A DNA stretch of 64,000 nucleotides from Octopus bimaculoides (GCF_001194135.2 NC_068995.1:54132846-54196845); one strand, 5' to 3'; shown: positions 1-15,305, counted from the stretch's first letter. Numbers and translations are program-made. The notes: generated by a model not told the origin, from the letters alone.

Positions 1-819
1 CTTATATTCGTTTACTGTGCGATGGTACCTAAGGTAAAATCCTGATGGTACCTCTCCACTCTATAATCAAACAAAGATGATACCTGTGTCGGGTACGTAG
101 CACTTCTGCTAACACATCCTGGTTTTCTTTTCTACTACACAACAATATCAATTGCTTTTATATTTGTTTGTATGTGAGAGAGTGAGAGAGAATGACTTTA
201 AACACAGAATGTTTTCAGGAAAAAATGTTTACGTTAATAGCGAGGAATGGAAATTTAAAACAAATACTATATATTCATAAAAGTTTGATATAAATAAACA
301 GAGAAAGCAGAACAGAAAACCAAAATATCTGAAAAGGTGAGAATTAAACAATGTGTCTAGAATTTTGAGAAAATGTGTATAAAAAGATATGTACTGTGTA
401 TTTGAAACGTAGGTGTATGTGCTTGTCTTATTTACACAATGTATATTTAAAATATTCAATTCTAAAGGAGATATCGAGTGTATGGGAATCCGGCATTGTG
501 AATGTATTTTAACGTAATATAGATAATTGTAAGAAGATGGGTTTTGCATGAGATATATTGAAATTTGGAGAAAAAGAAATGAAAATAGAATGGAAATAGG
601 AAGAGCAATGAGGTGAAATAAGGAAGAAAGTAAAGATGGGGGCAAAAGAATGAGAGAAAGAGTTATCAGTAATGCGTCCATGTGAGTATATATGCACATA
701 GGTATGTGAATAAACGTATGAATTTATCTACATATATACATGTATATACATAGCCATGTGCATATACATGCATACAAACATACACATATATAATACACAG
801 ACGTACATGCATCTATATA

Positions 820-859
820 TATATAATATAAATATAAATATATATTTCATATATGTATG

Positions 860-932
<73 letters not shown>

Positions 933-1056
933 ATATGTATGTGTGTGTGTATGTGTGTGTGTGTATATGTATGTGTGTGTGTGTGTATATTGTGTGTGTG
1001 TATATTGATAAGTATGAATTGGTTGAAATATATAAGGTAAATTCCATGCTAAAACA

Positions 1057-1116
<60 letters not shown>

Positions 1117-1140
1117 CTATTTATCTAAATATCTATCTAT
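820..1140. repeat. Compound microsatellite (TA)n/(TG)n followed by (TATC)n
   Basis: Directly visible simple repeats. They explain the [12 protein letters not shown] ORFs at 756-1180. Confidence 0.95.
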
Positions 1141-2637
1141 AAATACATACATACATTTATACATGCATGCATACGTATAGAGGAACATATGGAATAAAAC
1201 GGAATAAGAGCTGAACGAATTCGACAAATAGATTGGGTACAGTTATGAGAAAAGCCTGAAGAAAAAATAAAACCAGGGATATAAATAAAACATTAGAGTT
1301 AATAGAAAAATGTTATAATATATAGAGAATAAAGTGGAAAATAGGGAGGGAGAAACTACTTACAATACGATGTATTTTATTGTATAAGGTAATGCTTGAA
1401 ACCGGAAAGTCATTGTATATTGTATAAATTTATAACTTTATAATTTATATTTGAGACTTGGAGTTGTTTAGTAAGTGATATTATCAGAATTTGTGTGTTG
1501 AAACAGAAACAATATCATTGGAGTAGATTCATCGTATCCATTTCAGAAGCACATTAACTTTTATATTCGCTTTTCTTTTCTATCTTAATAGTACAATGTA
1601 TTATGAAATGCCAAAAGTTTTTGTCAGACTTCTACGATTTGGTCAGCCACACACTTCTATCGCTGCTTCGAACTCAAACTATTATTTCCAAGATTTTATA
1701 TACTTCGGCGCTTTCCTTACCTTTCAGTTTTCATCAGTCTCCCTTTAGATTTTCTTTCTCTTATCTTTCACAAAACTCTTGCTAAATGCCTGGAAACGCG
1801 TAACGATTCGGCCGTGGGTAGAATTTAGTTTGAACACCAATCCTGGTGAAAGCTTGTTGCTAATTGAAAGGGAGGAGACGCTGCTGAAGTGATATGATAG
1901 AGATTAACAGTAGTAAAGCCACATAATAGAAATTATTTTTTAAACCTGTAATTGAACCAAGTATTGTGGATTTTCTGGTAAATAAACTATTAACTTCACA
2001 CCAGACCGCTTTCATGTGAAATCTCAAATATTTGCATAACGCTTTCTAAGTTATTATCTCTAATTAAATTATTTAAAATCATACAAATTCAATTATATAA
2101 AGGACCTCCTTTTACAAATTATCGAAATAAAATGTATTAATATAACAGAGTAGAATAAAATTAAAGCTTTCCTAAAGATATTACTTCGAATTTTGTGACA
2201 ATGTATTTTCCAAAGATAAGCTCAATTTCCGATGTATTATTTAAGATATTCTGCATACGCCTCTAAAATTAATAAGTTTTCATCCGCTTACAATATATTC
2301 TTATCCCTAGTAAAGCTTTTCCTCGACTTTATCAAGAATAATACGATTTGTTACAGTAACTCTGTAATTTCGTAGCTTTCTAGCGGCTGAATCCTGTATT
2401 GAAACTAAGCATTATTTTTGCCTTATATACATACACAACTGCATACGAAAGTGTGTATGTGTGTGCGTATGCAAAATGTGTGTATATATATATAAAAGCG
2501 TTATTTAAGACACCGATCATATCATGTGACCAGCATGGGATTAAAAACCTTGTAGGTAATAAGTATTATTAAAATTATAATTAAGGGTATCTGAAAGATA
2601 CCACCATGCTAGTGATAGCAGTCAAAACTGTATACCC

Positions 2638-2772
2638 ATGGGAGTAGATTTGGTAAACGATACTGAATGAAGCCCGTCCTGTATATGTCTATATATATGG
2701 CCAATCAAAAGGTGATTACACTGGAGGTGCCCCAGGATGGCTGCAACCTCAGGGATGAAATATATAAAAGAA
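2638..2772 (+). mobile_element. Degenerate 3' part of octopus composite (CORE-like) SINE, internally deleted
   Basis: ggagtagatttggtaaacgatactgaatgaagcccgtc resembles the inverse of the ccgtctaccaaatccactc module at 18739-18760. ggaggtgccccaggatggctgc resembles the SINE tail. Confidence 0.55.
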
Positions 2773-2877
2773 TGTATGTATATATATATATATATATATA
2801 TATNNNNNNNNNNNNNNNNNNNNNNNNNNNNNNNNNNNNNNNNNNNNNNNNNNNNNNNNNNNNNNNNNNNNNNNNNN

Positions 2878-2929
<52 letters not shown>

Positions 2930-5008
2930 GGAGAGAGGAGAGAGAGAGCAAACAAAACGGAAGATAACTCAGCTGATACATTGAGCGCAGTATTGGCAGA
3001 TAGGCTCCTGAAAAAAAGTCTACTATTGAGTTAGAGTTATGTATGATTGGTTTGTCTGTGTATGTCAATACTTGATTCTGACAGACGTAGCAGTTGTTAC
3101 AATAAATTTTTATGACAGTATATGTAGATATAGTCTGATATTATTTGTGCTAACTTGTAGAGTTTTCATGCTATATCAGTCTTTCTGACTAAGCTAGTTT
3201 TGTTGTTCATTTTTTTTTGTTTACGGGAAATTTGTAAGCATTTTGCTTTTGTTGTCAATAGCAAGATTGTATTCATAGATGTTTTAGATTTATCAATGCA
3301 TACAGGCGATTCCGTTCTAATAGAAGCTACTGAGGTTATTTGTAGACGATGCGTGTTTAGCATGTGATTTAAAAGTTCAAAACCGTGTTGTCACTATGTC
3401 TGTGTGCGTGTGAATGGAAGAGACAGCGTATGTGACTAACGCCGAGCATGAAAAACGTAGGTGTGACAAGTTGAAAACTGTTACTAACAGCAGCCTTCTT
3501 GACATCTAGTGTTGTAAACAACGAATATGTCGCCCTCAAATTTGCAAAACGAAACATTTACACATAAGATTTTAAAAATACACGATGTAATAAATATAAA
3601 TGTTCAACGTTGCTCATATTTAAATTCTCTGGCGAATCTGCAAGGTAATTATTGTTCCTCACTGAGGATATTTGATTGCGATTAGGATATTGCAAAAATA
3701 TTTTAATGCTCATATAGTTTCACTTGTTTACGCAATTCATTATAAAAGTATTAATTATTCTGAATCATTAACACAAGTAAGTTAAGTGAATGACACTATT
3801 TAATTAGTATTATTAATTATTATTAAAAGTAGTTTATGATGTTATCTTGATGCGTTATGCTAACGATATTATAAAACAATAGAAAACCAAACTGTGCAGT
3901 TTAGGAAAATATTCCTTATTAATGTTGTTTGATAACCTCACACACAATTTTGAATAAAATTTATGAAGTTTCATGTTTTTGATGTATATATATTATCTTA
4001 TGGAAATGAATTCTCTTATGATCCTCACAAAAAAAAGAAGAAAAGAAAAACAACGTAGTTATTCCTAAACGAATTTATTTATCTACGCACGAAAAGGGCC
4101 GTCGTCGAGGGCTGTCAGATAATAGGAACTGCGGAGATTAGTAGTGTTTTTGACATGTTGCTGTTACTTCAATGATTTAATATTTTAGTTGGCCTTCTGA
4201 AACTTCAGAAAATCGGGGGAATTGTTTTTGAAAAGCAACTTTGAGATGGAAAAGTTAAAAGAACAAATGAAAATAGTGATAAAAACCATGATTTATTAAA
4301 TTGTAGTGTTTCAGCCTTTTATCTGTTAAACCATTAAGATTAGAATTGGTTTGCAATATACCACTAGTTGAGTTTGTGTTAGGAAGATGAAATATTCATC
4401 TCCAAACTGTAAACGCCTTATCAGAAAAGCTAATATATTTTTAGGATTATTATATATGAAATACTATTGTAAGAATTGAAACAAAATAATATAAAACAAA
4501 TAAAAAAGTAACGCTGACAATGCCTCAGGGTTTGGTCTTTTCAGGTTATTCGATTATAAACTAATGCCATATAATTTTCATGAGAGAATACTGAATCATT
4601 GTAATATGTGTATTTCCAAATACTAGAAATGGCGAAAGTGATCTAATATTGACAACTCGGAATTGAAATATTTTGTGGAATGAACTTCCACAAGCCTACT
4701 CCGATCTTCAGTTTTAACACAACTCTCAATAAAAAGTGAAGTTGTACCAAATTATGGGATTCTTATGATATCTAACATTTTTATACACGTCAGTCACGTG
4801 CAATAATTTCAATTATAGATATATATATAAACGGTGATGACGCATTAAATGATGTAGTGGTTTCAGTACAGAAGCTAAGATGTACGTCTATATGTTTTTG
4901 TAAGTGAGCAAATATTCAAGTAAGAGAAGCAGTTTTTTTAAAATATGGAATCTAATTATGTATGTAGCAATTATGTGCCTTTCCTTCCTTTTAAAACTTA
5001 TTTCCAGG

Positions 5009-5055
<47 letters not shown>

Positions 5056-5099
5056 TGGTTACATATTTTGGCATGAGGTCAGTAATCAGTAATTTTGAG

Positions 5100-5272
5100 T
5101 GAGTCTTTAAGTCGTTTCCATCAACTCCAATGTTCTTCAGATACTTATTACTTCGACCTTGAAAAGATGAACGACAAAATCGACTTCGGATGAATCTGAA
5201 CTCAGAACGTTAAGAAATACAAAACGGTGCTAAGCGTATTATCCGGCGTTGCAACGGTTCTGCCTGCTCACT
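5100..5272 (-). mobile_element. Degenerate tRNA-derived SINE (type B; Meta-like central domain)
   Basis: tctgaactcagaacgt (reverse B-box region), tcgaccttgaaaagatgaacgacaaaatcgacttcgg and gctaagcgtattatccggcgttgcaacggttctgcc align with the copy at 15979-16207. Confidence 0.65.
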
Positions 5273-5489
5273 TTATAAAGTGTTTAGTGCCGTTTTCTCT
5301 TACATATATGTATAATTCCAATACGGAGCAAATAATACAGCAGAAAATATTAGAGATGAAGCGTCCTTTCTCTGTGTTTACTTATCCTGTTTTCCATTTT
5401 TGTTCTCGTTGTCTACATATTTCACTCGTATGTTCACGTATTTCGTGCTATTTGCTATTTGCACCGTTGGTGATGTCCTTTGTAGTTGG

Positions 5490-5900
5490 TTCAATTTTCT
5501 GCTGTAGTTGGTTCAGCAGTCGGGCAGGGGAGCAACTTGCAAGTATCTTAGTCGTACGAATTGACTCCATTACTATTTTTTTCAGAATCTGATACTTCCT
5601 GAATTGAGTTACGTAGGCATAAACAAACCAACACTGGTTGTCAAATCTACATAACGACTCTCACACACACAATGTACACGCACACACACAGCATAACACC
5701 ACACACACACAGCATAACACCACACACACACACACACAACTAATGGGTGTCGGCACTGTGTCCGTCTACCAAATTTGCTCAAAATGCATTGGTCAGGTCA
5801 GAGCTATAATTAAATGTTCATACTCAAACTGCCACGCTGTGGGACTCATCCCCAACCTATCTAGCTGCAAACCAAATTTCTTAATCACACAGGTCTGCTC
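5490..5900 (-). mobile_element. Near full-length degenerate composite SINE (type A; CORE-like)
   Basis: Modules occur in the same order as at 60843-61176: ccaacactggttgtcaa, a CA-rich linker, tccgtctaccaaat, then gccacgctgtgggact (reverse head). Confidence 0.7.
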
Positions 5901-6500
5901 TGGCACATTAACATTAAACATCTTTTCTAATAAATTCTTTAAGTTAATCCTTTCCTTCAAATCGGTACTCAATGTAATGAAATTTTAGTTAGCCCTTGGG
6001 TTCTTAAGATGGTTTGTTTTTATATCTGTTATTCTGTTTGTTATTCTGTTCCCGTATTTTTCTTCACTGTGTCGATAGTCCGCTTTTATTTTCTAAAATT
6101 CCAGGATCTATAAATACAGCTTTGCATTCTAGTTGATTTACTTTTTTGTAGGAAAGCTTTGGCACAATTGTTTAATCACAAATATTTTGATGCTGTTGCT
6201 GTTTACATGTACAACTTCTTTCGTTTTCCCAGCTGAGTTATTTACTATAATTATGCATAATTCCCCGAGAGCGAATCCTTGAGAATGTGTTAATAATGTT
6301 GAGAAGGATTAGTGTTTTGCTTCGAGAGATTTATACATGAATTAGAAGCTTGAAAAAAGACGTCTCCTGAGTAATTCTCCCTCATTTGGGTATAGGAATG
6401 CTTAACTTCCATCTCTTCGTATTCCTGCTTTATATTTACATACACACATATATAAATATATACATATAAATATACACATATAAATATATACATAAGTATA

Positions 6501-6558
<58 letters not shown>

Positions 6559-7618
6559 TATATATATACAAATATATAAATATAGATATATACATATAAA
6601 CACACACATTTTGCATAGCATGGTTGATAATATATCGAAAGCAATTTTGATGCACGAGTTTACTAATACATAAATGGTGTTTTTCTTTATAAGTTTTTTT
6701 TTTTTCAATAATCAATCTATACTGAACTTCCTGTATTTTCCCTCCTTCATTTTGTCTTCAACTACTACTCGGATTAGCAATAGCTAAACTTTACATTCAT
6801 GCTGCTCATTCTGTTATCCGTCACTTTTCTGAACCTCTGTTAAAATATTTTGCAGGTAAGCAACCAACGTGCTCATCTGTGAATACATAAGGGTTATACA
6901 TACCCACACGTTTGTCTACCTATGCATGCACACATACATATGCACGGACATCAACACTCGCAAAGCCTCGTCAACACAAGCACATATATGTATATATATC
7001 TGTGTATTTATGTATATAAGCATAAACATCTCTTATTAAAATGTAGCTGTGCGTCTGTGTGTGCGTGCGTGCGTGCGTGTGTGCGTGTGCCTGCGTGTGC
7101 CTGCGTGCTGAGCAACAGAACATTCGATAAATACTTTTTGTTTTTCAAGAAACGACATTGTTTTTCCACACTATGTAATACGTTATTGGGCGCTTTTTTC
7201 CCCCTGTAATACTGTTCAGATGTTGCTACAGCATCGCTGATACCAGTCTGAATATATTAACCAGAAATAGATCATTTTATTAATTTAGAAAGTGATCATT
7301 ATCTTACAGACGAATGCATAGTCTTTCGTTTCGTTTTGCTCTATACTTTGGCTCCATATCATCTTCCATTAGATTGGATCTATTTTGTTATTCAGTTCAT
7401 CTACTAATGCAACCTTGTTTATTTTTATTGTGGTCTACATTCAGTTGTTTAGTATTTTAGTATTTGCTTAATATTAATACCCTTTGAAGAAAAACTGACT
7501 TTTTTCAAGCTATTACAGTATTATTTAATTTAATTTTACTTTCAATTTACATATATGCCCCCTCCACCATTTATCATACACATATATTCATTTCTATGTA
7601 TATATATTTATATGTATA

Positions 7619-7672
<54 letters not shown>

Positions 7673-10450
7673 CATACAATAATATATATATATAAGTTAT
7701 ATGTATATAAATACATACACCCATACATATACACATATATATGTGTGTATTGTTTCCTTTCGTTTCCGTATAGCCCCCACCTTTCCATTTCTATGCGAAT
7801 ATTGGATTTTGTTTTCGGTCTTTTTTTTTCTCGATTCTATGTTCTGTTTCCTTTCCACAATTTTTTATGATGGTTTGTGACTTATTATGTAAGGGTCGAG
7901 CCTGTTTTCTTTCAATGCTGCCATAAATCCTGAGTAAATTAGATTCTTCGGTACATCAACGTTCGTATGTGTTTATTTGGAAGCACATTTCTCAATAAAC
8001 CTGCTTGTACTACTTAGCTAATATTTGTTTATTCTCTGCTTGGTAACGCGTTTCATTTGTTCCCTGGCAATTGGTTTTCTGTGGTCAGTATTCATATTGT
8101 ATATTGCTATTATTTTTGTCGATTGTTTCGTTTTATCCTCTTGCACTGTGTTATATTCGGATATTTGCTGCTCTGTATGATCAAAAGTATGCTCTTGTCG
8201 ATGTGTATTCAGATACGTCTGTCATATTTGATCTCTATTGTTTATCGCATCATCACTTTATGTTTGCTTTCATTATATTTACACGTCTTCTCACAACTTT
8301 GGATTCTTTCGTCTTGTCTATCTTATTTCATTTGCGGTGGTAAGACATCAATATTTCGAAAAATGTATGATTTTTTGTTTATTATTTTATCTGAGTATTC
8401 TTTGTACATGTTTCATTAAAAGTCTTTTTTGCAATTCCATGTACGTGTCCTCACCTATAGTAGTTTTCCCTCCAGATCGCAAACAACACTTTAATGGTGC
8501 TAGAGAATAAGGTGCATATAAAATAGCTGTCAATGCGTGTTAAAATTATAAATACAAATCAAAAGCATGCGTGTTACTCATAGAATAATGGATTATACAC
8601 ACATTGTATGTCACTCATGAATCGGGTATTGATAATTACATCGTCGAAGAGGCATTTTAGTCATTGAAAACCTGCTTGGTTTACTTTCGTTTTAATGTTA
8701 ACAGTATTCCCTGCTCTAAATAATTACGAACTTCGTCACGCATTGCCGTCTGCACAATTTTACGAGTAATTCGTAACAAACAGTACTATTAAAAAATAAA
8801 CAAAGAGTGGAGCGGATATTATTTGGTTTTAAATAGTTACTGTGATATCCCCATTGTAATTTTATCAGTTAAACTCAAAATCAAAGATCATGCCACCTAC
8901 CAAATCTTTACAACTCTGAAATATGCCCTTAACAGATGTTAAAAGTACGGTACAATTCTTTCACTTGAAGTTCACGTTTGTACTGGCTTTATGACTTGCG
9001 CTGGAATAGCACAAGATTCATGTTTTGATTATACTACATCATCGAGAGGCTGGCTGTAGTTTTACATGTCGAAGTCTGTCTGTGTATTTAATGAAAGAGA
9101 AGGTCAGTACTTATGAATCTTTATTCTTCCAGATCTTTCGAAACAGGTGAGGAGAAGGAATGAAATTACTCTCAAAACTGAGGCAGTGATGCTAAAATTT
9201 TCCTTAACAGTAGATAATCCATGTGGTGGGATTAAACAGGTTGACGACTGCTACATTTCATCGTGTGAGCTTTCTTTAACCTCTTTTCCTCCGTTTATAC
9301 GCTATACTCTACTTCTTTACACCCCCCACACACATATATATATACGTACGTGAGTGTAGCTTAATGGCTAACCACAATGATTTGTATCTAACGTCTGTGA
9401 CTAATCTCAGTTGTTAGTCGCTCCGTGAATACTTCCGATGCGTAATTCCATCTTCATTCGCTGCAAAAATTGTCTGGAATGTATATTGATATTAATAATA
9501 ATGAAGGATATGGAAAATTGTATATACACAAGATATATTTTATAGTTATATACAACATATGCAGCTCTACTCACTGTTTCAAATGCAATTTCGCAATATT
9601 GTCGGTGCAGCGGAAACACGTGTAGGTTATTATAATATGTTTATATAACTATAAAAGAAAATTGTGGATGTACAGGTCTCAATACTCTTTATTATTATTA
9701 ATGTTATATAAATATATGTGTGTGTACATTCATGTGTGTGCGTGTGTGTGTATTTATTTGTGAACTGTTTGTGCGTGCATATACTGACTAATAATTTGGC
9801 TAGGTTTCATAATTGTTATTTGAGTATTTGTAGCTCCCCAGTGGTTAATATAATAACAATAATACTAATAATTGCTATTATTGCTATTATTTTATTATTA
9901 GTAGAACAAGGAGCGGTAATGGTATCAGTAGAGTTATGATACTGTTTGAGTATTTATTTGTCATACGGGAATACGGTTATAAATCTTAAACTTTTGCAAC
10001 GAGCTACAAGTCGCCATTTTGAATATCTGTAAATATGCACATGCGCACTTTTGCTAGTAACGCATGGCAAATATACAGAAAAATTAATATGCGTATTGGG
10101 TTATATGCGTTTAATCATTATCGATTGTACAGAAATGATGACCATACTACTTGGTATTTTTCTTCTTTGTATTCATATAAACATTGTTTCCGATTATATT
10201 TGTCGTTTAAAAAGTTCCTTTCACTGTCAGATGTTTCTTCATTTTCTCGTTTGCCACTTTTGAATACAGAGATATTTATTCCTTCTTTTTATATCTTCCA
10301 TGTCTGTTTATATTGTTTCTTCTTTTTCAATTTCTTCACATTTCCCGTACCGTTACCATCTTATTCTCATTCGTTTTCGTTTCCTCTTGCCTTACTCTTC
10401 AACATTCTCCTCTTCCTCCTAGTACCATCACATCTAGTATAACAACAAAA

Positions 10451-10459
10451 CTACTACTG

Positions 10460-10494
<35 letters not shown>

Positions 10495-10519
10495 GCTACT
10501 ACTACTACTACTACTACTG

Positions 10520-10584
<65 letters not shown>
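10451..10584. repeat. (CTA)n trinucleotide microsatellite with CTG interruptions
   Basis: Directly visible. It explains the poly-Leu ORF. Confidence 0.97.
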
Positions 10585-10585
<1 letters not shown>

Positions 10586-11290
10586 TTCCTTTTTCTTTGC
10601 CATCGTCTCCTTTTCCTTGTTTTAATCCATCTTATTATGTGACGTTGACTTGGGAAAATTGTGTAAAAAATATGGAAAGATAACTTACAAGCATCCTAAT
10701 AATATTTACACATCCTTTTATTATTATAATCCGGAACGTGCTTAAGCCCATTTTTGCCGTTTATCTCCGAATGTCCTTAAAAAAGATTGGTGTATTTGTT
10801 TTCTTTGTCGTCTATCCCTGAATGGCCTTACAGAGATTGGTGTATACCAACACTAATGGAATGTTTTACAAACGCCTTCGCTAACAGGACTTTTTAATTC
10901 AGTATCTAGACCAATGTTATTCGTTATATTTTCAGTTCGTTTCTGAATCAAATTAAAGTCCTTCGCTGGTTCTATGTTGAGGATTGTTGCATATGTTCTA
11001 GCCATTCTTCTCGTACTAGTTGAAGTATACTAGTGCACTTGTATACAAACGTATAAGTTGGAAGTATAGTTTCTTCTAAAGGCTACTTTAGAGAACAAGA
11101 GAATGGTTAGTCACGAAGAAGTGGCACAAAATGAGGAATTACAAAGTCGTGCTACCGGCAAGAATGACCTTCGAGCATTTCGTTTACATACGTGTGCCTT
11201 AACATGAAAGCACCGAAAGTGAACATTTGGCCCGCGTGGAGGGGTGCTGTATGGCAACGAATCTGCTAGTCTTGAGACCATCTCGAACCG

Positions 11291-11407
11291 TTCTTCTTCT
11301 TCTTCTTCTTCTTCTTCTTCTTCTTCTTCTTCTTCTACTACTGCTGCTGCTGCTGCTTCTGCTGCTGCTATTGCTACTGTATTTGTTACCACTATCATCG
11401 TCAACAA

Positions 11408-11440
<33 letters not shown>

Positions 11441-11460
11441 TATAATTATTACTATTATTG
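11291..11460. repeat. Compound trinucleotide tract (TCT)n-(CTG)n-(CAT)n
   Basis: Directly visible. It explains the poly-S/E/I/M ORFs. Confidence 0.95.
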
Positions 11461-12196
11461 CTAGTACTGCTGTTGTTTTTCTTGTTGTTTGTGCTGTATA
11501 AGTTGAAAATAAAATACTGAACATTTTGTGATTCCTAATTGATGTTATTGCATTGTTTTGTGACTATAAGTCAGAATATTTACATTGTATCTGTGAGTGC
11601 TGCTTTTTTCTTTCCGTTTTTAAGATGGAAAAGACAAAAAAAAACGCACAAAGAACGAATTATAAACAAACAATATAGGCAAAACAGAATGAAAACATAT
11701 ACCAATGAAAATACGTTGAATAATGTACGTCGATCTGAATTGTTTGGCAAAAAAGAGATTTTTTCCTTTAACTACAANNNNNNNNNNNNNNNNNNNNNNN
11801 NNNNNNNNNNNNNNNNNNNNNNNNNNNNNNNNNNNNNNNNNNNNNNNNNNNNNNNNNNNNNNNNNNNNNNNNNNNNNNNNNNNNNNNNNNNNNNNNNNNN
11901 NNNNNNNNNNNNNNNNNNNNNNNNNNNNNNNNNNNNNNNNNNNNNNNNNNNNNNNNNNNNNNNNNNNNNNNNNNNNNNNNNNNNNNNNNNNNNNNNNNNN
12001 NNNNNNNNNNNNNNNNNNNNNNNNNNNNNNNNNNNNNNNNNNNNNNNNNNNNNNNNNNNNNNNNNNNNNNNNNNNNNNNNNNNNNNNNNNNNNNNNNNNN
12101 NNNNNNNNNNNNNNNNNNNNNNNNNNNNNNNNNNNNNNNNNNNNNNNNNNNNNNNNNNNNNNNNNNNNNNNNNNNNNNNNNNNNNNNNNNNNNNNN

Positions 12197-12254
<58 letters not shown>

Positions 12255-13314
12255 ATGTATGTTTGTATATGTATAAGTTTAGTGTTCTTAGATGTTTTTG
12301 CATATGTGTTGTATTCCTGCGTGAGTTTGTTTGAATCTAACAGACAAATGTAAAAAGAAAAATCAACATTAATCATAAGAAAGAGAAAATACATGCCATT
12401 ATGAAATTAAAAATAAATTCTAAAACATCTACAATCATCTTCACGCGAATATGTTTGGTTTTTATGTGTTTTCTTCCGATGTACAAACGATAGCATTTCT
12501 ATTAACACGATTCTACATGTTTTACCTACAATTGTTACAAAACATTTTTCCGAAAATCATATAAATGTGAAATATTTTTCATGGTGTAATAACAATTTTC
12601 ATATATAATATTTTCTATACTTTCAGCAGTATTATTTCTTTTTATTTTACTTATTATTTTCAACGTAAATAAATGCATTTTCTTCTACTTTTTTTCTTTT
12701 GTAAATAATTATACTGATTATCATCGAGTTTCTAGATAGCGAATTACTTGTAGCTAAATATATCATTAATCGGTTGATTTATGATTTGATATCTTCATCT
12801 CATTCCATTAGCACGCAACATATCGATGCAAGAGTCTATAGCTCATTATCATACTCTATCAGGTGATCTTATGTTAATATTGACTTACAAAGGATTCGTT
12901 ATTTTATTTTGAAGCTCTATACTAACGTACTTTCGTTGCTCATATAATGTTGACACTTCAGCTATTTTTCTTTTTGACTTTGTTGTTGAAAAAGATAGCC
13001 CCTTCCGAAAACTTCGTCGAACAAATTCCAGCTTTTTTTTAGTTTCCTTCCTACTTTGCAGCCAGCCACTTGTTTCGAACAGTCGAACGAAGATCTGCTA
13101 AACCACACACACATCTGCTTGGTGTCGAGTAATATGTTTTTAATGTGATCCGCCAAAGACAGAATTGTGAATTTGTTGCCACATTAGCACGTTGTCATCT
13201 CTACCACTCGGGCCCATCAGACACTTTTCAATATTTTGCTTGTCTGTCTGTCTCGGTCTCTGTTTCTCTTTCTCTATCTCTCTCTCTCTCTCTTTATGTC
13301 TGTCTGTCTGTCTC

Positions 13315-13359
<45 letters not shown>

Positions 13360-13440
13360 GTGGGACTTTATGTATATAGGAACATTTCCCTAACATTCAA
13401 AGTAACACAATGAGGATGTAGTTTTATTGAGTTCAGATAA

Positions 13441-13630
13441 GGGCGTTGCATTGCCAAAACCGTAAGGGCACCGGAAGACACGCTTTGTTTTATTTGTTTC
13501 AGCAGTGACTTCAAATTTCGCCGACATAAACTTTATCTCCTATTCTTTCGGTCGATAAGTAAATTGCTTATAATGTACTGAGTTGCATCGTTTTGACTGA
13601 CCACTCTCATAAACGTTGTCTCGAAACAAT
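13441..13630 (+). mobile_element. Highly degenerate type B SINE
   Basis: gacttcaaatttcgccgacataaactttatctcctattctttcggtcgataag resembles gagttcaaattccgccgaggtcgactttgcctttcatcctttcggggtcgataa. Confidence 0.5.
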
Positions 13631-14253
13631 TGTTGAATTTAATAACTGCAGCACTAAGTTGAACACCAAATTTCTATTGATAGTCTCTGGAAAACGAATA
13701 GAGACATTCCGACTCTTGTAGTTAATTGACTATAAAACTGGTTATAAAACCGACAATTACCAGTTCCAACTAATATCATTTCATCCCTGCTGTTTATTTA
13801 TAAGAGGATAATATAGAGATTCCATCCATATAAATATGGTCCTTCACCATGGGTATGTTTAAAATTTTAACAATATCTGAAATTTATTGAACATACCAAT
13901 TTAGCCGCCATCTTTACAATAGTCATATGTCTCCTATGAGCAGCACTGAGCTGTAGGATTCGTATGATTTTGCTTTGCTTCTGAATAATTTTGTTTCTCT
14001 TATTCTCAGATGAAATCTAAACTATGATCCATCTTATGATTATTTGTTTATCGATATTGAACATGTTGGTTTTTCAATAGAAATTACATTTTGAGATTTG
14101 ATGCAAGCATAGTTATTACACAATCACCAGCTATGTCACAGTTGACCTTTGATGTTTTGATGAACGGAGAATAATTACAATCTAAATATTGATTAAATTT
14201 AATGCGCTATACTTATGACCTACCACAACAACGAACGTTTGCTGGTGTACATT

Positions 14254-14361
14254 TTATACACTTATGGAAGATTATACACTTATGGAAGATTATACACTTA
14301 TGGAAGATTATACACTTATGGAAGATTATACACTTATGGAAGATTATACACTTATGGAAGA
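14254..14361. repeat. Perfect 18-bp minisatellite (ttatacacttatggaaga) x6
   Basis: Six identical tandem units counted directly. Confidence 0.97.
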
Positions 14362-15254
14362 TACACACAAAAACTAAACGAATAAGATAAGAAAAAATGT
14401 TGCAAAAAATAAATATATAATGACCGTTATCTCTTATTCTGAATATTACCCATTTGTTGTTGGTGAAACCTCAACCCTGAATACGCTAGTCCACTGAACA
14501 GCAAAGAATTAGTCAGCATAACACTACTGCATGGCAAATATCTGCTGAACAGCATATCGCTACCAAAACTGGAAACTACTAGCGAATATAGAATACATAG
14601 CAGAGTCCATTAAAACTTTTGATCTACAAGTGATTACAGTCTGTGATCTTGTAAGACTTTCATTTCATGGTAATACAGCCGATTCTGCAACTACTGTAAT
14701 TGTGTTGTAAGCACCAGACGTAACATCATACAGACCACATAGCTCCTACCAACAACGTTTTGGCTTCAGCTATTGCCAATATTGCAGCCACCACCACCAC
14801 CACCACCACTCCATCAAGAGCAGCATCGCCGCTGGCAACTCCATCATCGACTCAGCTATCATCTCCACTGCTGCTCTCATCACCGGCGCCCGCCATCGCT
14901 GCTACTGCCGCTACTATCACCGCTTACCTCCCACCCCGATTCTGCTGCTCTTCTTATGTTGCTGATGCCTTTTGCAATGATAAAATTGCAAAATCCAATA
15001 TATAGGCAACAATATGCTATCAGTTAATTATTTCCTTAGTGCTACGACAAAAATTTAATATTATCCATCTGAGCGCCTCTATAGAGGCATGCTTACCTAC
15101 ATACACAAATACATACATACCTACATGCACACAGACAGACATACATGTTTACATGTATACACATACATGTTTACATGTATACACATACACACATACGTAT
15201 ATATGTATGCATATATATATATATGTATATGTATGTATATATAAATATATATAC

Positions 15255-15305
<51 letters not shown>

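Noticed and set aside
6760-6860. Open frame QLLLGLAIAKLYIHAAHSVIRHFSEPLLKYFA ending at CAG|GTAAGC
   Set aside because: No convincing acceptor and no recognisable protein similarity.
13040-13150. Strong plus-strand acceptors at 13061 and 42558
   Set aside because: Followed by short unrecognisable frames; pyrimidine-tract-AG motifs are common in AT-rich DNA.
14760-15027. Ala/Thr/Ser/Pro-rich ORFs
   Set aside because: Degenerate trinucleotide low-complexity DNA with no splice or homology support.
15075-15088. 14-bp perfect palindrome gcctctatagaggc
   Set aside because: Short enough to occur by chance in 64 kb, with no associated structure.
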